From NCBI GenBank assembly GCA_001563915.1, contig LKMP01000006.1, positions 1-42,825 on the forward strand: a stretch of DNA of 42,825 bases. Reading direction: 5' to 3'. Within the stretch, counting starts at the first letter, position 1, and every line of letters begins with the position of its first letter. Of this stretch, positions 9,138 to 18,806 are shown piece by piece. The notes under the pieces are model-generated. The model had not been told where the DNA came from, did not search any database, and was given only the letters and a program-made list of their open reading frames with translations. The stretch is from Nanohaloarchaea archaeon B1-Br10_U2g21. Lineage in GTDB: Archaea; Nanohalarchaeota; Nanosalinia; Nanosalinales; Nanosalinaceae. The translations under genes and the position numbers were made by a program.

Positions 9138-9458
9138 TTATGGCATGAACTCTCTAGGATCTGGTGCACTAAGACTTTCTTTGGCACGATCTAGTGCTTG
9201 GATGTCTTTCCAGTACTCTGGTGCTCCATGACTGTCTATGGTTAATCCTCCTGTGCCTGAAGCTTTTCCGTTGTATTGGACGGCTTCTGCGATTTCTTCG
9301 TAGTGTTCGCCATCATAGTTCTCTAGTGCGGTTCCAATATCGTCTTGTTGGTCTAATAATGCATCGAATTCTTCGACTGCTTCTTCTGTTAGCTGTGTTC
9401 TGATTTGTGATACGTCTTGTCCGTTATACTCGTTGTTGTTTGTCATAACTGCGTCCAT
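9138..9458 (-). CDS. Hypothetical protein
   Basis: 106-aa acidic ORF. Confidence 0.6.
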   Translation of the reverse strand: MDAVMTNNNEYNGQDVSQIRTQLTEEAVEEFDALLDQQDDIGTALENYDGEHYEEIAEAVQYNGKASGTGGLTIDSHGAPEYWKDIQALDRAKESLSAPDPREFMP

Positions 9459-9538
9459 CTCTACAGTTGTAAAGACTTATTAAACAGGGCTTTCTCATCG
9501 AAAGGAATGGTTTTTAAGAGGTGCGGGTTTTTTGCAGG

Positions 9539-10084
9539 TTATCTTTCGGCGAGATCTGTATCTATTGCTATCCATCCCCAGCTTTTCTCGATTTCGGCTC
9601 CAGGAAATACTGCTTCTCCAAAGCTTTGATCATAGTGTCCTTGAATATGACTTCCTTTTCCTATCTTGTATTCATCGAATGCCGTCATATCCTCTAGTGC
9701 TTTAGCTATTTGTTGTTCCGTGGAAGCCTTTACAGGCCCTGATTGAAGCTCAGTAACTGTGCGTTGTTCGTCGAAAGGATCTTCACCCATTGACTCATCA
9801 AATCCATATATTTCGATGAGTTTTTGGCATAGTTCTTTAGCAGAGTAATCCGCATCCATTTCATTCAGTTCTGGATATAGGCCATTATAGAGGCACAGTA
9901 GATGTGTTGCCTTGTCTTCGGCTGCAAGTTCTTCTAAACTCTGATCTATTCCTTCTAGCTCTTTTATATAGTCCCAGCGAGTTTCTTCTTTTCCTATAGG
10001 TGTTTGTAGCAGTTCTTCGCCGAGTTCTGCTGTTATGTATGCTTGTCTTGGTGTAAATTCGTATTGTTCTTGGCTTTTAGACAT
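9539..10084 (-). CDS. Hypothetical protein
   Basis: 181-aa acidic ORF. Confidence 0.65.
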   Translation of the reverse strand: MSKSQEQYEFTPRQAYITAELGEELLQTPIGKEETRWDYIKELEGIDQSLEELAAEDKATHLLCLYNGLYPELNEMDADYSAKELCQKLIEIYGFDESMGEDPFDEQRTVTELQSGPVKASTEQQIAKALEDMTAFDEYKIGKGSHIQGHYDQSFGEAVFPGAEIEKSWGWIAIDTDLAER

Positions 10085-10241
10085 TTTAGACTCTTTCCTC
10101 GATTTTTGTCAGGCCTGCCTGACTTAGACTACTTTGATAGCCGCTTTTTTAAAATTTTCGAGGTATAATTACGCAGCTAGTGTTTATAGAGCCACTGCAT
10201 GTCTTGGTTATTTATTTTTTCATTACTATTTGTTGTAACTA

Positions 10242-10595
10242 ATGGGCGAAGAGTTTCACTTTGAGTACAAAGAAGGAGTTTACAGGATAGAAGACGTTGA
10301 TTCAAAAGACATGGCTTTTATGGGCCGCTATTCTGACTTAAGCGGCTCTATGCCTAATAGTCGCATTTTAAGACTGCGACTTGAGGAGTTAAGCGAGTGG
10401 GCGCGTTTAGAAGATTTTCAAGGAGAACCCTTGTACATGGATCAGGATAGAAACTTTTTGAGGCCTGACGGAGATGATTTAGTGCTTGATACTGGTGAAG
10501 AACGCTTTGAAAAAGAATTGTATTTAATGGATGCTGAAGCGCGTTTGAGAGGCGATGATGATGCCTGGACTGTAGAAAAAGCATTGAATCCTTAA
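10242..10595 (+). CDS. Hypothetical protein
   Basis: 117-aa acidic ORF; stop overlaps the convergent gene's stop. Confidence 0.6.
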   Translation: MGEEFHFEYKEGVYRIEDVDSKDMAFMGRYSDLSGSMPNSRILRLRLEELSEWARLEDFQGEPLYMDQDRNFLRPDGDDLVLDTGEERFEKELYLMDAEARLRGDDDAWTVEKALNP

Positions 10596-11215
10596 TCGAA
10601 GTATTCTGGTTCAATAGGTAACGCTCTGACATAGAGTTTTTCTATGAATTCCTCGATTTTTTCATTCTTATCTGCGTATTCAAAGGACTGATGAAATCCT
10701 CTAACGCTTTCTGCAAACTGTTCAGTAGTTTCAGCACTTCGGAGCGCAGTCTCTGTAAGGTCTTTTATTGATTCATAGTCTGCATCTAAGCTGCTTGGCG
10801 TGAGCTGTTGTAATTGTGCTTCTAAATGATTGAAAAATTCATCAGCTTCAGAATTATCTATATTTTCTATTTGTCCAAGTACTTTCTCATATTCTGGAAT
10901 TTCTAATTGCTGATATACTCCTACACATTTTTCAGTCATAAACTGTTCAAATTCCTGGGCTTTCTCAGAGTTTTCTTCCCCGTATTCTCCGATTTTTCTG
11001 GTCGTTTTTGAGCGAAGCGTTTCTATATCTGAGCTTTCTTCAAGTAAGTCTCCTAAATCTTGGACAAATTCTTGCTGTCTATGTTCTAAGCTTTGTAGTT
11101 CTTCCAAGTCTTTATCTGTAATGACATCTGCTGTTTCTGCTAAAGCCCACATATATTCTAACTGTATGGTTCTGCTTGTCAGGCCAAGTTCTTCAAAAAC
11201 TGTATCTAACTGCAT
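10592..11215 (-). CDS. Hypothetical helical acidic protein
   Basis: 207-aa E/L/Q-rich ORF. Confidence 0.65.
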   Translation of the reverse strand: MQLDTVFEELGLTSRTIQLEYMWALAETADVITDKDLEELQSLEHRQQEFVQDLGDLLEESSDIETLRSKTTRKIGEYGEENSEKAQEFEQFMTEKCVGVYQQLEIPEYEKVLGQIENIDNSEADEFFNHLEAQLQQLTPSSLDADYESIKDLTETALRSAETTEQFAESVRGFHQSFEYADKNEKIEEFIEKLYVRALPIEPEYFD

Positions 11216-11284
11216 CAGTAAAGAATCTATGATGTATATACTATTTTATACATATCTGGAAGCATAACTTCGCAGCAAAAATAG

Positions 11285-13723
11285 TTACAGATAAGGTATT
11301 GCTTCTATAATAGACTCCAGCATATTTCTAAGAGTTGACTGTTCTTCTTCTAATTCGTCCATTCTCTGTTCTAGTTCTTCTGTTTCATCCCTTGTTATTT
11401 GTATTTCTGCAGAATGGGTTTGATTAGCATCTTCAGGTGAGAACACGTATTCAAGTTCTATACTGCCTTCTTCTGCAAGTATTTCGTGCTCTCTGTCTTC
11501 AAGGTCTTCTTCATTGACTATATCGGTATCAGTCTGAAGGTTTGTTGTATCTTGGAAGTATGTTTCACCTTCTACTTTTAGTTCATAGTCTCCTCTAGCA
11601 GTTACGTCTTCTCCATTCTGATCTACTAGGTTGAGCGTCATTTCTTCGCCAAGTTCTGCTTCCTCTTGATCAAAGTATAGATCAAGCTCTGACTCTTTTA
11701 GCGAGTCATCTTTAACTGTGAGAGACTGGGAAAGGCTTTGATTCAGCTCCTCCGGCTCAAATAAGTATTCTAGCTCGAATTGGCCTTCCTCTCTAAGTAG
11801 TTCTTTCTGATCTTCTTCCAAATCCTGTTCAGTTAGTGTGTCTGTTTCTTCCTCTCTGATAGTAGTTGTTCCTTCACTTTGTAGCTCACCGCCCAAATAT
11901 AACTGGTAATCTCCTCCAACTGTAAGTGCTTCTCCATCTCTATCAGTTACAGACAGTATTACTTCTTCTCCAAGTTCTATCTCATTTTTATCGAACTCCA
12001 AATCCATATCTAATCTTTCTGTAACTAAAGTCATATCTGCTTCAAGCTGTTCGCCAGTATCTTCTGGCGTAAAAAAGTAATTTAGTTCTAGTTCGCCAGT
12101 TTCTGCCATTTCGGTTCTTTGTTGTTCGTTTAAATCTTGTTCATCAATAGAATCGGCTTCTCTGCTTTCAATACTTGTACGCCCATCCGAAACTAATTCT
12201 CCATCTAAAAATAATTCATAATTTCCTGAAACTCTTTCTTCTGAAGTTTGATCTTCCTCTAGCATTGCTATTTCAAATTCTTCTCCAAGTTCTGCAATAT
12301 CAGTTTCAAACTCTATATCGAGATCGGTTTCGGCCTCATAATCCGGATCTATCACTTCCACGCTATCAGATACTTGATTTTCTGTGTCTTGAGGAGTAAA
12401 AGCTATAGTCCATGTATAATAGCCTTGTTCTTCCAATATGTCGCTCGCTTCTTGATTTTGATCCGCAGTAGCCGACGTAGTGTATATCTCTTCATCATTT
12501 GTCTCCACATCTCCAGTCTCTTCTACCTCCACTTTAACTTCTCCCGCTACAGCTTCCTCCCGTCCAATTTCCTCTCCAGTATCTGGATCGAGAACAAGCA
12601 CATCAATTTCTTCTCCGGCTTCAACCTCACTTTCTGAAAATTCTAAAACAACTTCCTCTCGTTCATCACTCACTACATCAAAAGATACTGAATCCGAAGT
12701 CGTACCTCTTTCAGTTTGAAGCGCATATTCTATCTCATAATTTTTCCCTTCTTCATATTCACTATCCGTAATCCGGAGAGTCTCCGAATCTTCTTGTCCA
12801 GATACATCATTGTATTCCTGCTCAACTATTTCTCCTTCTTCATACATAGTGAGAAGGCCTGTTCTCTCAGACTCCATTATGTCTCCATTCTCATTCTGGA
12901 TCTCCATTCCAACCTCTATTTCGTCATCAATCTCAACAGCATTTTTGTCTGAAATCATCTCAACATTATCAGGGAGATCTTCAATATCACATTCTCCTGC
13001 TTCTCCATAAAGAACTCTTGATAAATCTCTGAGACTTATTCCCCCATCTTGATAATCTTCATAAGCACTATCAGCATCAAAGGCTTGACTTTCTTCGTCA
13101 AAATAGTCGATTGATGTTTCAGTTGCTCTTGCATCTGTGCAAGTCATTGTGTCAAATTGATCTATGACTAATTCTATCGTGCTATCTTCTTCATCACAAG
13201 ATTGTCCTTCATTTCCTATGATGAAGTTTCCATTCCAGTTTTGTCCTGGTTCAGTTAGCTGAATACTTTCATAGTCTATTGCTAGGCCTGATTCTTCTTT
13301 TGTTTTTAGTTCATCGCCTTCTGCTCCTATTATTGCTCCTCCGTCTCCTTCTACGTCTTCGTCTATTTCTGCTTCTGCTCCGAATACTAATCCTTCAGAA
13401 AAAGGAGTTACTTCAGGGTGCTCTACTACTACTTCTCCAAATCCGCAAATGCCGTTCTCTCCAGAGTTTAGTTCTAGATTGGGTCCGGATTCGTCGAGTT
13501 CAAATTCTGCGTCCTGATCTTCTACCGAATCATAATATATTTTTGTTAGAGTATATTCATCTTGAGTAGTTTGTTCATATCTTATGTCTTCATGACTGAA
13601 ATCAATGTTTTCTTCTTCTAAAATTAGAGAAGTTGTTTCTTCATGCTCAAAAGGGGATTCTGCAGATGCAGAGATTGATAATGCTAGGGTAAATGCTAAA
13701 ATTAGCAGTATTTTCTGTACCAT
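11285..13723 (-). CDS. Large secreted acidic protein with ~100-aa tandem repeats and C-terminal coiled coil
   Basis: Sec signal MVQKILLILAFTLALSISASA; 3-4 repeats of the form L.F...E.ELGEE...G.Y.L...GE...E.G..EL.Y.F.PE. Confidence 0.8.
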   Translation of the reverse strand: MVQKILLILAFTLALSISASAESPFEHEETTSLILEEENIDFSHEDIRYEQTTQDEYTLTKIYYDSVEDQDAEFELDESGPNLELNSGENGICGFGEVVVEHPEVTPFSEGLVFGAEAEIDEDVEGDGGAIIGAEGDELKTKEESGLAIDYESIQLTEPGQNWNGNFIIGNEGQSCDEEDSTIELVIDQFDTMTCTDARATETSIDYFDEESQAFDADSAYEDYQDGGISLRDLSRVLYGEAGECDIEDLPDNVEMISDKNAVEIDDEIEVGMEIQNENGDIMESERTGLLTMYEEGEIVEQEYNDVSGQEDSETLRITDSEYEEGKNYEIEYALQTERGTTSDSVSFDVVSDEREEVVLEFSESEVEAGEEIDVLVLDPDTGEEIGREEAVAGEVKVEVEETGDVETNDEEIYTTSATADQNQEASDILEEQGYYTWTIAFTPQDTENQVSDSVEVIDPDYEAETDLDIEFETDIAELGEEFEIAMLEEDQTSEERVSGNYELFLDGELVSDGRTSIESREADSIDEQDLNEQQRTEMAETGELELNYFFTPEDTGEQLEADMTLVTERLDMDLEFDKNEIELGEEVILSVTDRDGEALTVGGDYQLYLGGELQSEGTTTIREEETDTLTEQDLEEDQKELLREEGQFELEYLFEPEELNQSLSQSLTVKDDSLKESELDLYFDQEEAELGEEMTLNLVDQNGEDVTARGDYELKVEGETYFQDTTNLQTDTDIVNEEDLEDREHEILAEEGSIELEYVFSPEDANQTHSAEIQITRDETEELEQRMDELEEEQSTLRNMLESIIEAIPYL

Positions 13724-13804
13724 AATATGACTTTTTTCTCCCCATATTAAAAGTCTTTAGTCCCTTACTAGAGGATTTTTCTCTCAATGAGAAAAATAAA
13801 GAGA

Positions 13805-13887
<83 letters not shown>

Positions 13888-13948
13888 ATAGTCTATTTTT
13901 TCCTATAATTTGTGAAACGCTTTGTAACGTTAAAAATGTCGAGCCCAT

Positions 13949-14443
13949 TCAATCCGCTGCAGTAAATAATATTTGAGGCGGACGAAGAGGAGGGAATTCT
14001 GCAGGACTATCTGAAGGTGTATTTTCTAAGTAGCCTTGTACGGATACGTCAAGATTCTGGAGGTCGTGCTCTAAGGCAGTATAATTACCTATCATCAAGT
14101 CATAGTTGTCTGCTATCTCTTCTAACTTTGTATCCTCTTGTTCTTGAGCGAACTTTTTTACCTCCGCATCAAAGTCGTGCATAAAGTACTCAATGGATTT
14201 ATCCCATGCTTCTGATAAAAGCCTTGAATAGAACATCATGTCTGCATATGCCTCCTCATCAGACGATTCCTCCCATTTCACAACGTTATCCTGCGAAGAC
14301 TCAAATAATAGTGTTTGATCGGTAGTAAACGGTACTTGAGAGTGTTGTTCTGCAGCTTGAGCCAGTTTTTCACCGTATTTACGAGCATGTTCATATATAT
14401 CTCCTGCGCGATGAAAAGGACTGCAATCCATGTCTTTATCCAT
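13949..14443 (-). CDS. Hypothetical helical protein
   Basis: 164-aa ORF; weak similarity to 14587-15153. Confidence 0.6.
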   Translation of the reverse strand: MDKDMDCSPFHRAGDIYEHARKYGEKLAQAAEQHSQVPFTTDQTLLFESSQDNVVKWEESSDEEAYADMMFYSRLLSEAWDKSIEYFMHDFDAEVKKFAQEQEDTKLEEIADNYDLMIGNYTALEHDLQNLDVSVQGYLENTPSDSPAEFPPLRPPQILFTAAD

Positions 14444-14586
14444 ACTAATTTGTACTACCTGCTAATTTTTTATCTAATAACTATTTTCTAGTAAATTAGA
14501 GCCATTTGGAGGATTAGCTCTTGTTCATCCTAACTAGACTACTCCAAATATCGTTTTTAGCCTAATAGTATGACGATGTCTAGACT

Positions 14587-15153
14587 TCATTTCGCAACTT
14601 CTTCCTCCTCTACTGGCCCCAATATTTCCTTATAGAGCTGTGTTTCAAGTAGGCCTTCTATATCTATCCGTTCATAGTTTTCCATTCCTTTTCTCACTTT
14701 CCGGCCTTCATTTACTTCTTTTCTTATTTTTTCCAGCTCATGTTCAATATCATAGTACCTTGATTCTATCCGGTCTATCTCTGTAATAACCTGATAAAAC
14801 TGTTCCGCCTCTTCCTCAACCCACACTTTCGTTTCTGGCTCTATTTCTTGTCTTACGAACCTTATATAGTCAAATACTTCATCTAGAATTCTGTCGGTTT
14901 CTTCAATATGACTTTGTATATCGTGTTCAGAATCTATCCATTCGTCTATATTTTCTCCTTGAGCCAGATTTACTGTTTCAAGACTGAGTTCGGCAGGCCC
15001 ATTATAATTTATTTGAGAGTGTGATTGCGCAAGGCTTGCCGTCTTACTAAATTGGCCTACTAGTTTAGTATAGCTCTCTGAAAGATAGTTATCTGTTTCT
15101 TTTAATTGTTCTATAGATGAGTTATCCGTAGCCTCATAATGCTGAATCTGCAT
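14587..15153 (-). CDS. Hypothetical helical protein
   Basis: 188-aa acidic ORF. Confidence 0.65.
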   Translation of the reverse strand: MQIQHYEATDNSSIEQLKETDNYLSESYTKLVGQFSKTASLAQSHSQINYNGPAELSLETVNLAQGENIDEWIDSEHDIQSHIEETDRILDEVFDYIRFVRQEIEPETKVWVEEEAEQFYQVITEIDRIESRYYDIEHELEKIRKEVNEGRKVRKGMENYERIDIEGLLETQLYKEILGPVEEEEVAK

Positions 15154-15279
15154 CTAGTAGTTTACACTCCGTTATTAGAACAGTTATATCTAAACTAATA
15201 TATCTATTTTTCTATATAGTAGCTTTCTTCAGCATTATCTCGCTATACTCAATGAAACGCGAGTTTATTAGAGAAAAAT

Positions 15280-15843
15280 TTACAGTCTATCTTCAAAACT
15301 TTCAAGATCATTTTTTAGTTCTTCGACTGCAGATGCTAAGAGATCTTCGTTGCTATATCCAGATGTTGATTCGATCCAGAACTTGAATTCTCCTTCTCCA
15401 GTCTTCTCATACCCTACTGTACCTCCTTGGTGTTTAGCGTGCTGATCTCCAGTCCCTAGCACAGCTGTAGCTTCAAGCTCAAGGTCTTGATTATCTTTAA
15501 GCGTTACGAGCCCAATATCATCGCTTACAGGTTCCGCTTCTTCATTGTCTGTCTGAATATCTCCAGATTTTACCTTTACAGGACCTTCTTTTTTGATTGC
15601 GATATGGAGTTCATCATCTTCATTGAACTTTTTTGGAACCGTAAATGGCACTTGTCCTAATCTATTGGCAAGTACTTCATCAAATAATCCTGACTCATTT
15701 CTCACTACATCTAGCTCTTTTATAGATAGTGTAGGAACTTTTGTCATTACTGATCTTCGAATTGCGTTTGCCATAGCTGGCGACGCATCTGTAAGTGTTG
15801 CTTCTAGTACTCCATCTTCTTCATCGCCTAGCTCAATATTCAT
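15280..15843 (-). CDS. rpoD: DNA-directed RNA polymerase subunit D (Rpo3), short form
   Basis: [46 protein letters not shown]; follows rps11; no Cys-rich Fe-S insert. Confidence 0.95.
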   Translation of the reverse strand: MNIELGDEEDGVLEATLTDASPAMANAIRRSVMTKVPTLSIKELDVVRNESGLFDEVLANRLGQVPFTVPKKFNEDDELHIAIKKEGPVKVKSGDIQTDNEEAEPVSDDIGLVTLKDNQDLELEATAVLGTGDQHAKHQGGTVGYEKTGEGEFKFWIESTSGYSNEDLLASAVEELKNDLESFEDRL

Positions 15844-16223
15844 ACTCTTCTACCTCTTTTTCCTCCCTTTTTTCTGACACCATCATGAGGGATAGGTGTA
15901 ACATCTTCAATCTGTCCTACTTCTAAATCAGATCTGGAAATTGCTCTGATTGCTGGTTGTGCTCCTTTACCAGGGATCTTAGATTTTTGTCCTCCTGGTG
16001 CTCGGACACGAATATCAACTTTTTCTAGGCCTTTCTCAATTGCTTCTTCTGATGCCTGGTCTGCTGCCTTCATTGCAGGGAATGCGCTTCCTTGTAGTCG
16101 GCCTTTGTCTGTAGCCATTCCAGAGGTTATTCTAGAAATTGTTTCTGCCCCTGTGGCGTCTGTTATATGAATTATAGTATTGTTAAAGCTTGAATAAATG
16201 TGTACTACTCCTTTCTTACTCAT
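15840..16223 (-). CDS. rps11: 30S ribosomal protein S11 (uS11)
   Basis: [34 protein letters not shown]; start set to MSKKG at 16223, overlapping the rps4 stop. Confidence 0.97.
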   Translation of the reverse strand: MSKKGVVHIYSSFNNTIIHITDATGAETISRITSGMATDKGRLQGSAFPAMKAADQASEEAIEKGLEKVDIRVRAPGGQKSKIPGKGAQPAIRAISRSDLEVGQIEDVTPIPHDGVRKKGGKRGRRV

Positions 16224-16788
16224 TGTTTTCTTCCTCCTCTTCTTCATCTTCAGATTCAGCTTCCGTATCCGTTTCTTCTTCATCTTCTGAGACTTCTTCG
16301 GCCTCAGATTCTTCTGACTCTTCTGATTCTTCAAACTCTTCTACTTCAATTTGTTTTTCTTCTTCCTGGGTAAGCATGTATCCAGGAATGTTAACTCTTT
16401 TTCCATCAATATAGACATGTCCATGCACTACTAGCTGTCTTGCTTGCTTAGGAGTGTCTGCTAGACCTCTTCTGTGTACTGCTGTCTGTAGTCTACGGTT
16501 TAGAATGTCTTCAACTTGTAGTGTTAGTAGGTCTTCAAGCTGTGCGTTAGATTTTACTAGACCTAGCCTGTGTACTTTTTGTATTACTTCTTTTGCTTCT
16601 TCTGAGTCAGGTTCTGATACAAGTCTTCTTGCCTGTCTTCTCAAGCTTCTTAGTTCGGAGTATGCTTTGTAAATCTCTTCTTTGTTTGCGAGACCATAGT
16701 TTTCAGATAGTTCGGCCTCCTTGTTCATTCTTTCTTGGTTCCATGCCCTGTTAGGCGTTTCGTATTGTTTTTTGAGTTTCTTTACCAT
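16216..16788 (-). CDS. rps4: 30S ribosomal protein S4 (uS4) with acidic C-terminal tail
   Basis: [35 protein letters not shown] motifs. Confidence 0.97.
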   Translation of the reverse strand: MVKKLKKQYETPNRAWNQERMNKEAELSENYGLANKEEIYKAYSELRSLRRQARRLVSEPDSEEAKEVIQKVHRLGLVKSNAQLEDLLTLQVEDILNRRLQTAVHRRGLADTPKQARQLVVHGHVYIDGKRVNIPGYMLTQEEEKQIEVEEFEESEESEESEAEEVSEDEEETDTEAESEDEEEEEENNE

Positions 16789-16789
16789 T

Positions 16790-16855
16790 CTATCTCAGCC
16801 TGTTTTTGAGTTCTCTGTATTTTCTCTTTGCTTTTTCTGTTGTTTCTGAGAACAT
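16790..16855 (-). CDS. Putative 21-aa basic micropeptide [21 protein letters not shown]
   Basis: ATG overlaps the rps13 stop (TAATG); its stop ends 1 nt before the rps4 ATG. Confidence 0.45.
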   Translation of the reverse strand: MFSETTEKAKRKYRELKNRLR

Positions 16856-17319
16856 TATTCTTCTCCACTTGGTGCTGCTTCTTCTTTGATTGCTGCAGTG
16901 TCTACTCCAACTTTGCTTCCTGTTCTGAAGCTGGATTTGGTTTTTTGTCCTCTTACTGGTAGTCCGAGCTTGTGTCTCCATCCTCTATAGCTATCTATTT
17001 CTTTAAGCCTTCTGATGTCGAATTCTTGTTTTAGCTCGAGGTCTGACTCTATTAGATGTCCGTCTTCTCCAGTTTCTCTGTCTTTTCTCCTGTTAAGCAA
17101 CCATGATGGCACTTCAGGATTTTTAATTTCTTTTTCGATTTCTTCTATCTTTTCATCGCTTAGATCTCCAATCTTCTGGCCTTTCAGGCCTAGATCATGT
17201 GCGATTGCGTTCCCATACAGCTCTCCGACTCCGGTTAGGCCTGTCAAGGCTTTTTCCACCGGCTTTGTGCCGTCGATTCCTGTACGTGCAATTCTTACAA
17301 TTTCTTTAGTTTCGGACAT
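16855..17319 (-). CDS. rps13: 30S ribosomal protein S13 (uS13)
   Basis: PSWLLNRRKDRETG, SYRGWRHKLGLPVRGQKTKS. Confidence 0.97.
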   Translation of the reverse strand: MSETKEIVRIARTGIDGTKPVEKALTGLTGVGELYGNAIAHDLGLKGQKIGDLSDEKIEEIEKEIKNPEVPSWLLNRRKDRETGEDGHLIESDLELKQEFDIRRLKEIDSYRGWRHKLGLPVRGQKTKSSFRTGSKVGVDTAAIKEEAAPSGEE

Positions 17320-17423
17320 CGGGTATAGAACTGGGTCTCGCTTAAATCTTATAAAGGTATGAACCCCTAGAACTGATTCCGGCAGTAATTGTTAGAAAAA
17401 TGTTGCGCTCTAATTAGACTTAT

Positions 17424-17903
17424 ATGGTCTTAACCCGACTAATACACCGCTTAACTACGCCCCCAAGAGAGTTCGTAGAAATTGAAGAGGATATTGGCGA
17501 AGTTTTGACAACTCATGCGATAGCCGGAATGGAGGACGAGTATGGCGAAGTAGGCCGACAAAAATTGAATGCTGACTGGGACGAAGTAGAAAGACTAATG
17601 GAAGAAAGTCCAGGAGTTTTCAAGTCTCCTGAAGCCGAATTTAATTATAATGGCGGCCTTACCGCATTAAGCCGACGACCCGGATGCACAAACGTTGAAA
17701 GCCTGAGCTATGATGTTAATGGAAATGATTATTCAATATTCTTGATAGAGGTTGCCGAACCTATAATCACTGATGATAATCCTTTCTACATTGTGGGAGA
17801 GGTTTTTGAGTTTCCTGAGTCTGAAACAGATGCTAAGCTAAGTTACTTGAATGCTGAAAGACGAGATTATGACACTCCTCTTTCAGAAAATCTTGAAAGA
17901 TAA
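17424..17903 (+). CDS. Hypothetical protein (probable paralog of 18807-19271)
   Basis: 159-aa ORF; shares colinear motifs with 18807-19271. Confidence 0.65.
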   Translation: MVLTRLIHRLTTPPREFVEIEEDIGEVLTTHAIAGMEDEYGEVGRQKLNADWDEVERLMEESPGVFKSPEAEFNYNGGLTALSRRPGCTNVESLSYDVNGNDYSIFLIEVAEPIITDDNPFYIVGEVFEFPESETDAKLSYLNAERRDYDTPLSENLER

Positions 17904-17936
17904 AAAATTAAGAAAATGCGCGGCCTGTGTTAAATA

Positions 17937-18701
17937 TCAACTGATACGTTTTGCATTGATTAGACTATAGCTCGACACCTTTTCTTCAAGGGTTTCTGGA
18001 CTCTTTTCTCCACAATAATTTACCAGATATAACTGGCCTTTTTTACCCTCATACATGCCGTCAAGGTCAAAAACTAGACCTATGAATTCTGTATCTGTGT
18101 AATCTGACCGTTCTATGAGTTCTGCAACTTGATTGTCTACATTCCTTTCTACAAGCCTATCAACCTCTTCTATCTTCTCTGCATTACCCTTTAGTTCCTT
18201 GTAATCTTCTAGCAGCCCAGAGTTTATTAACAGACGAATTTTTGTGTTTATTCCTTGTGTTTTCCCATTATACTTGGCTAGGTTTACTTGATCTATTTCT
18301 ATATCATCTAAATCATAGTCTTTCTCTAGCGCTTCAAGAGTTTCATATGCTGCAGTTACCGCACCACAACCTGTATGCCCTATTACTGCCGCCACAGTAG
18401 GAGTCTCAGAGTGCTCCGGTATATAGTCTACATCTCCAGAAATAGTTGTTTCTCCTTCATGCGTATATTCTAGAACCGAGTTCCCTATTGTACCTCGAGT
18501 AAACTCCGCTCCTATTTCTTCATTACCCCACATGCCCTCCTGCTTAACTCTAGAGTCGCAGCACGACACCGTTGTAGTTACGGGATCTTGGCCGTCCACA
18601 TGTTCTTGCAGCTTCTCCTGCATTTTTTCTATATACTCATTATTTCCTTCAAAAACTTCGTTTAGAAAATTAAGCAAATTGAATGTTTCTTCTGTACTCA
18701 T
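17937..18701 (-). CDS. Beta-class carbonic anhydrase
   Basis: Zn ligand motifs CxDSRV and GHTGCGAV; ERNVDNQV. Confidence 0.9.
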   Translation of the reverse strand: MSTEETFNLLNFLNEVFEGNNEYIEKMQEKLQEHVDGQDPVTTTVSCCDSRVKQEGMWGNEEIGAEFTRGTIGNSVLEYTHEGETTISGDVDYIPEHSETPTVAAVIGHTGCGAVTAAYETLEALEKDYDLDDIEIDQVNLAKYNGKTQGINTKIRLLINSGLLEDYKELKGNAEKIEEVDRLVERNVDNQVAELIERSDYTDTEFIGLVFDLDGMYEGKKGQLYLVNYCGEKSPETLEEKVSSYSLINAKRIS

Positions 18702-18806
18702 CGGTGAGGAACCATTTGAACATTATAATTTAATTAACTGAACTACTCTTGACTCAACTGTAAAAATAGTAATAAGTAAACCAGAAAGTAAGACTTAATA
18801 CCTATA

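Noticed and set aside
9138-10084. Possible paralogy of the two adjacent orphan ORFs
   Set aside because: Only compositional resemblance; no convincing colinear motifs.
15280-15843. Short Rpo3 lacking the Fe-S domain
   Set aside because: Loss of this domain is known in many archaeal lineages.
16224-16334. Lys-rich N-terminal extension of uS11 in the ORF track
   Set aside because: Alternate-frame reading of the uS4 acidic tail; the true start is most likely 16223.
16856-16981. Longer 63-aa version of the micro-ORF
   Set aside because: Overlaps the conserved 3' end of rps13; the coupled ATG at 16855 is more plausible.
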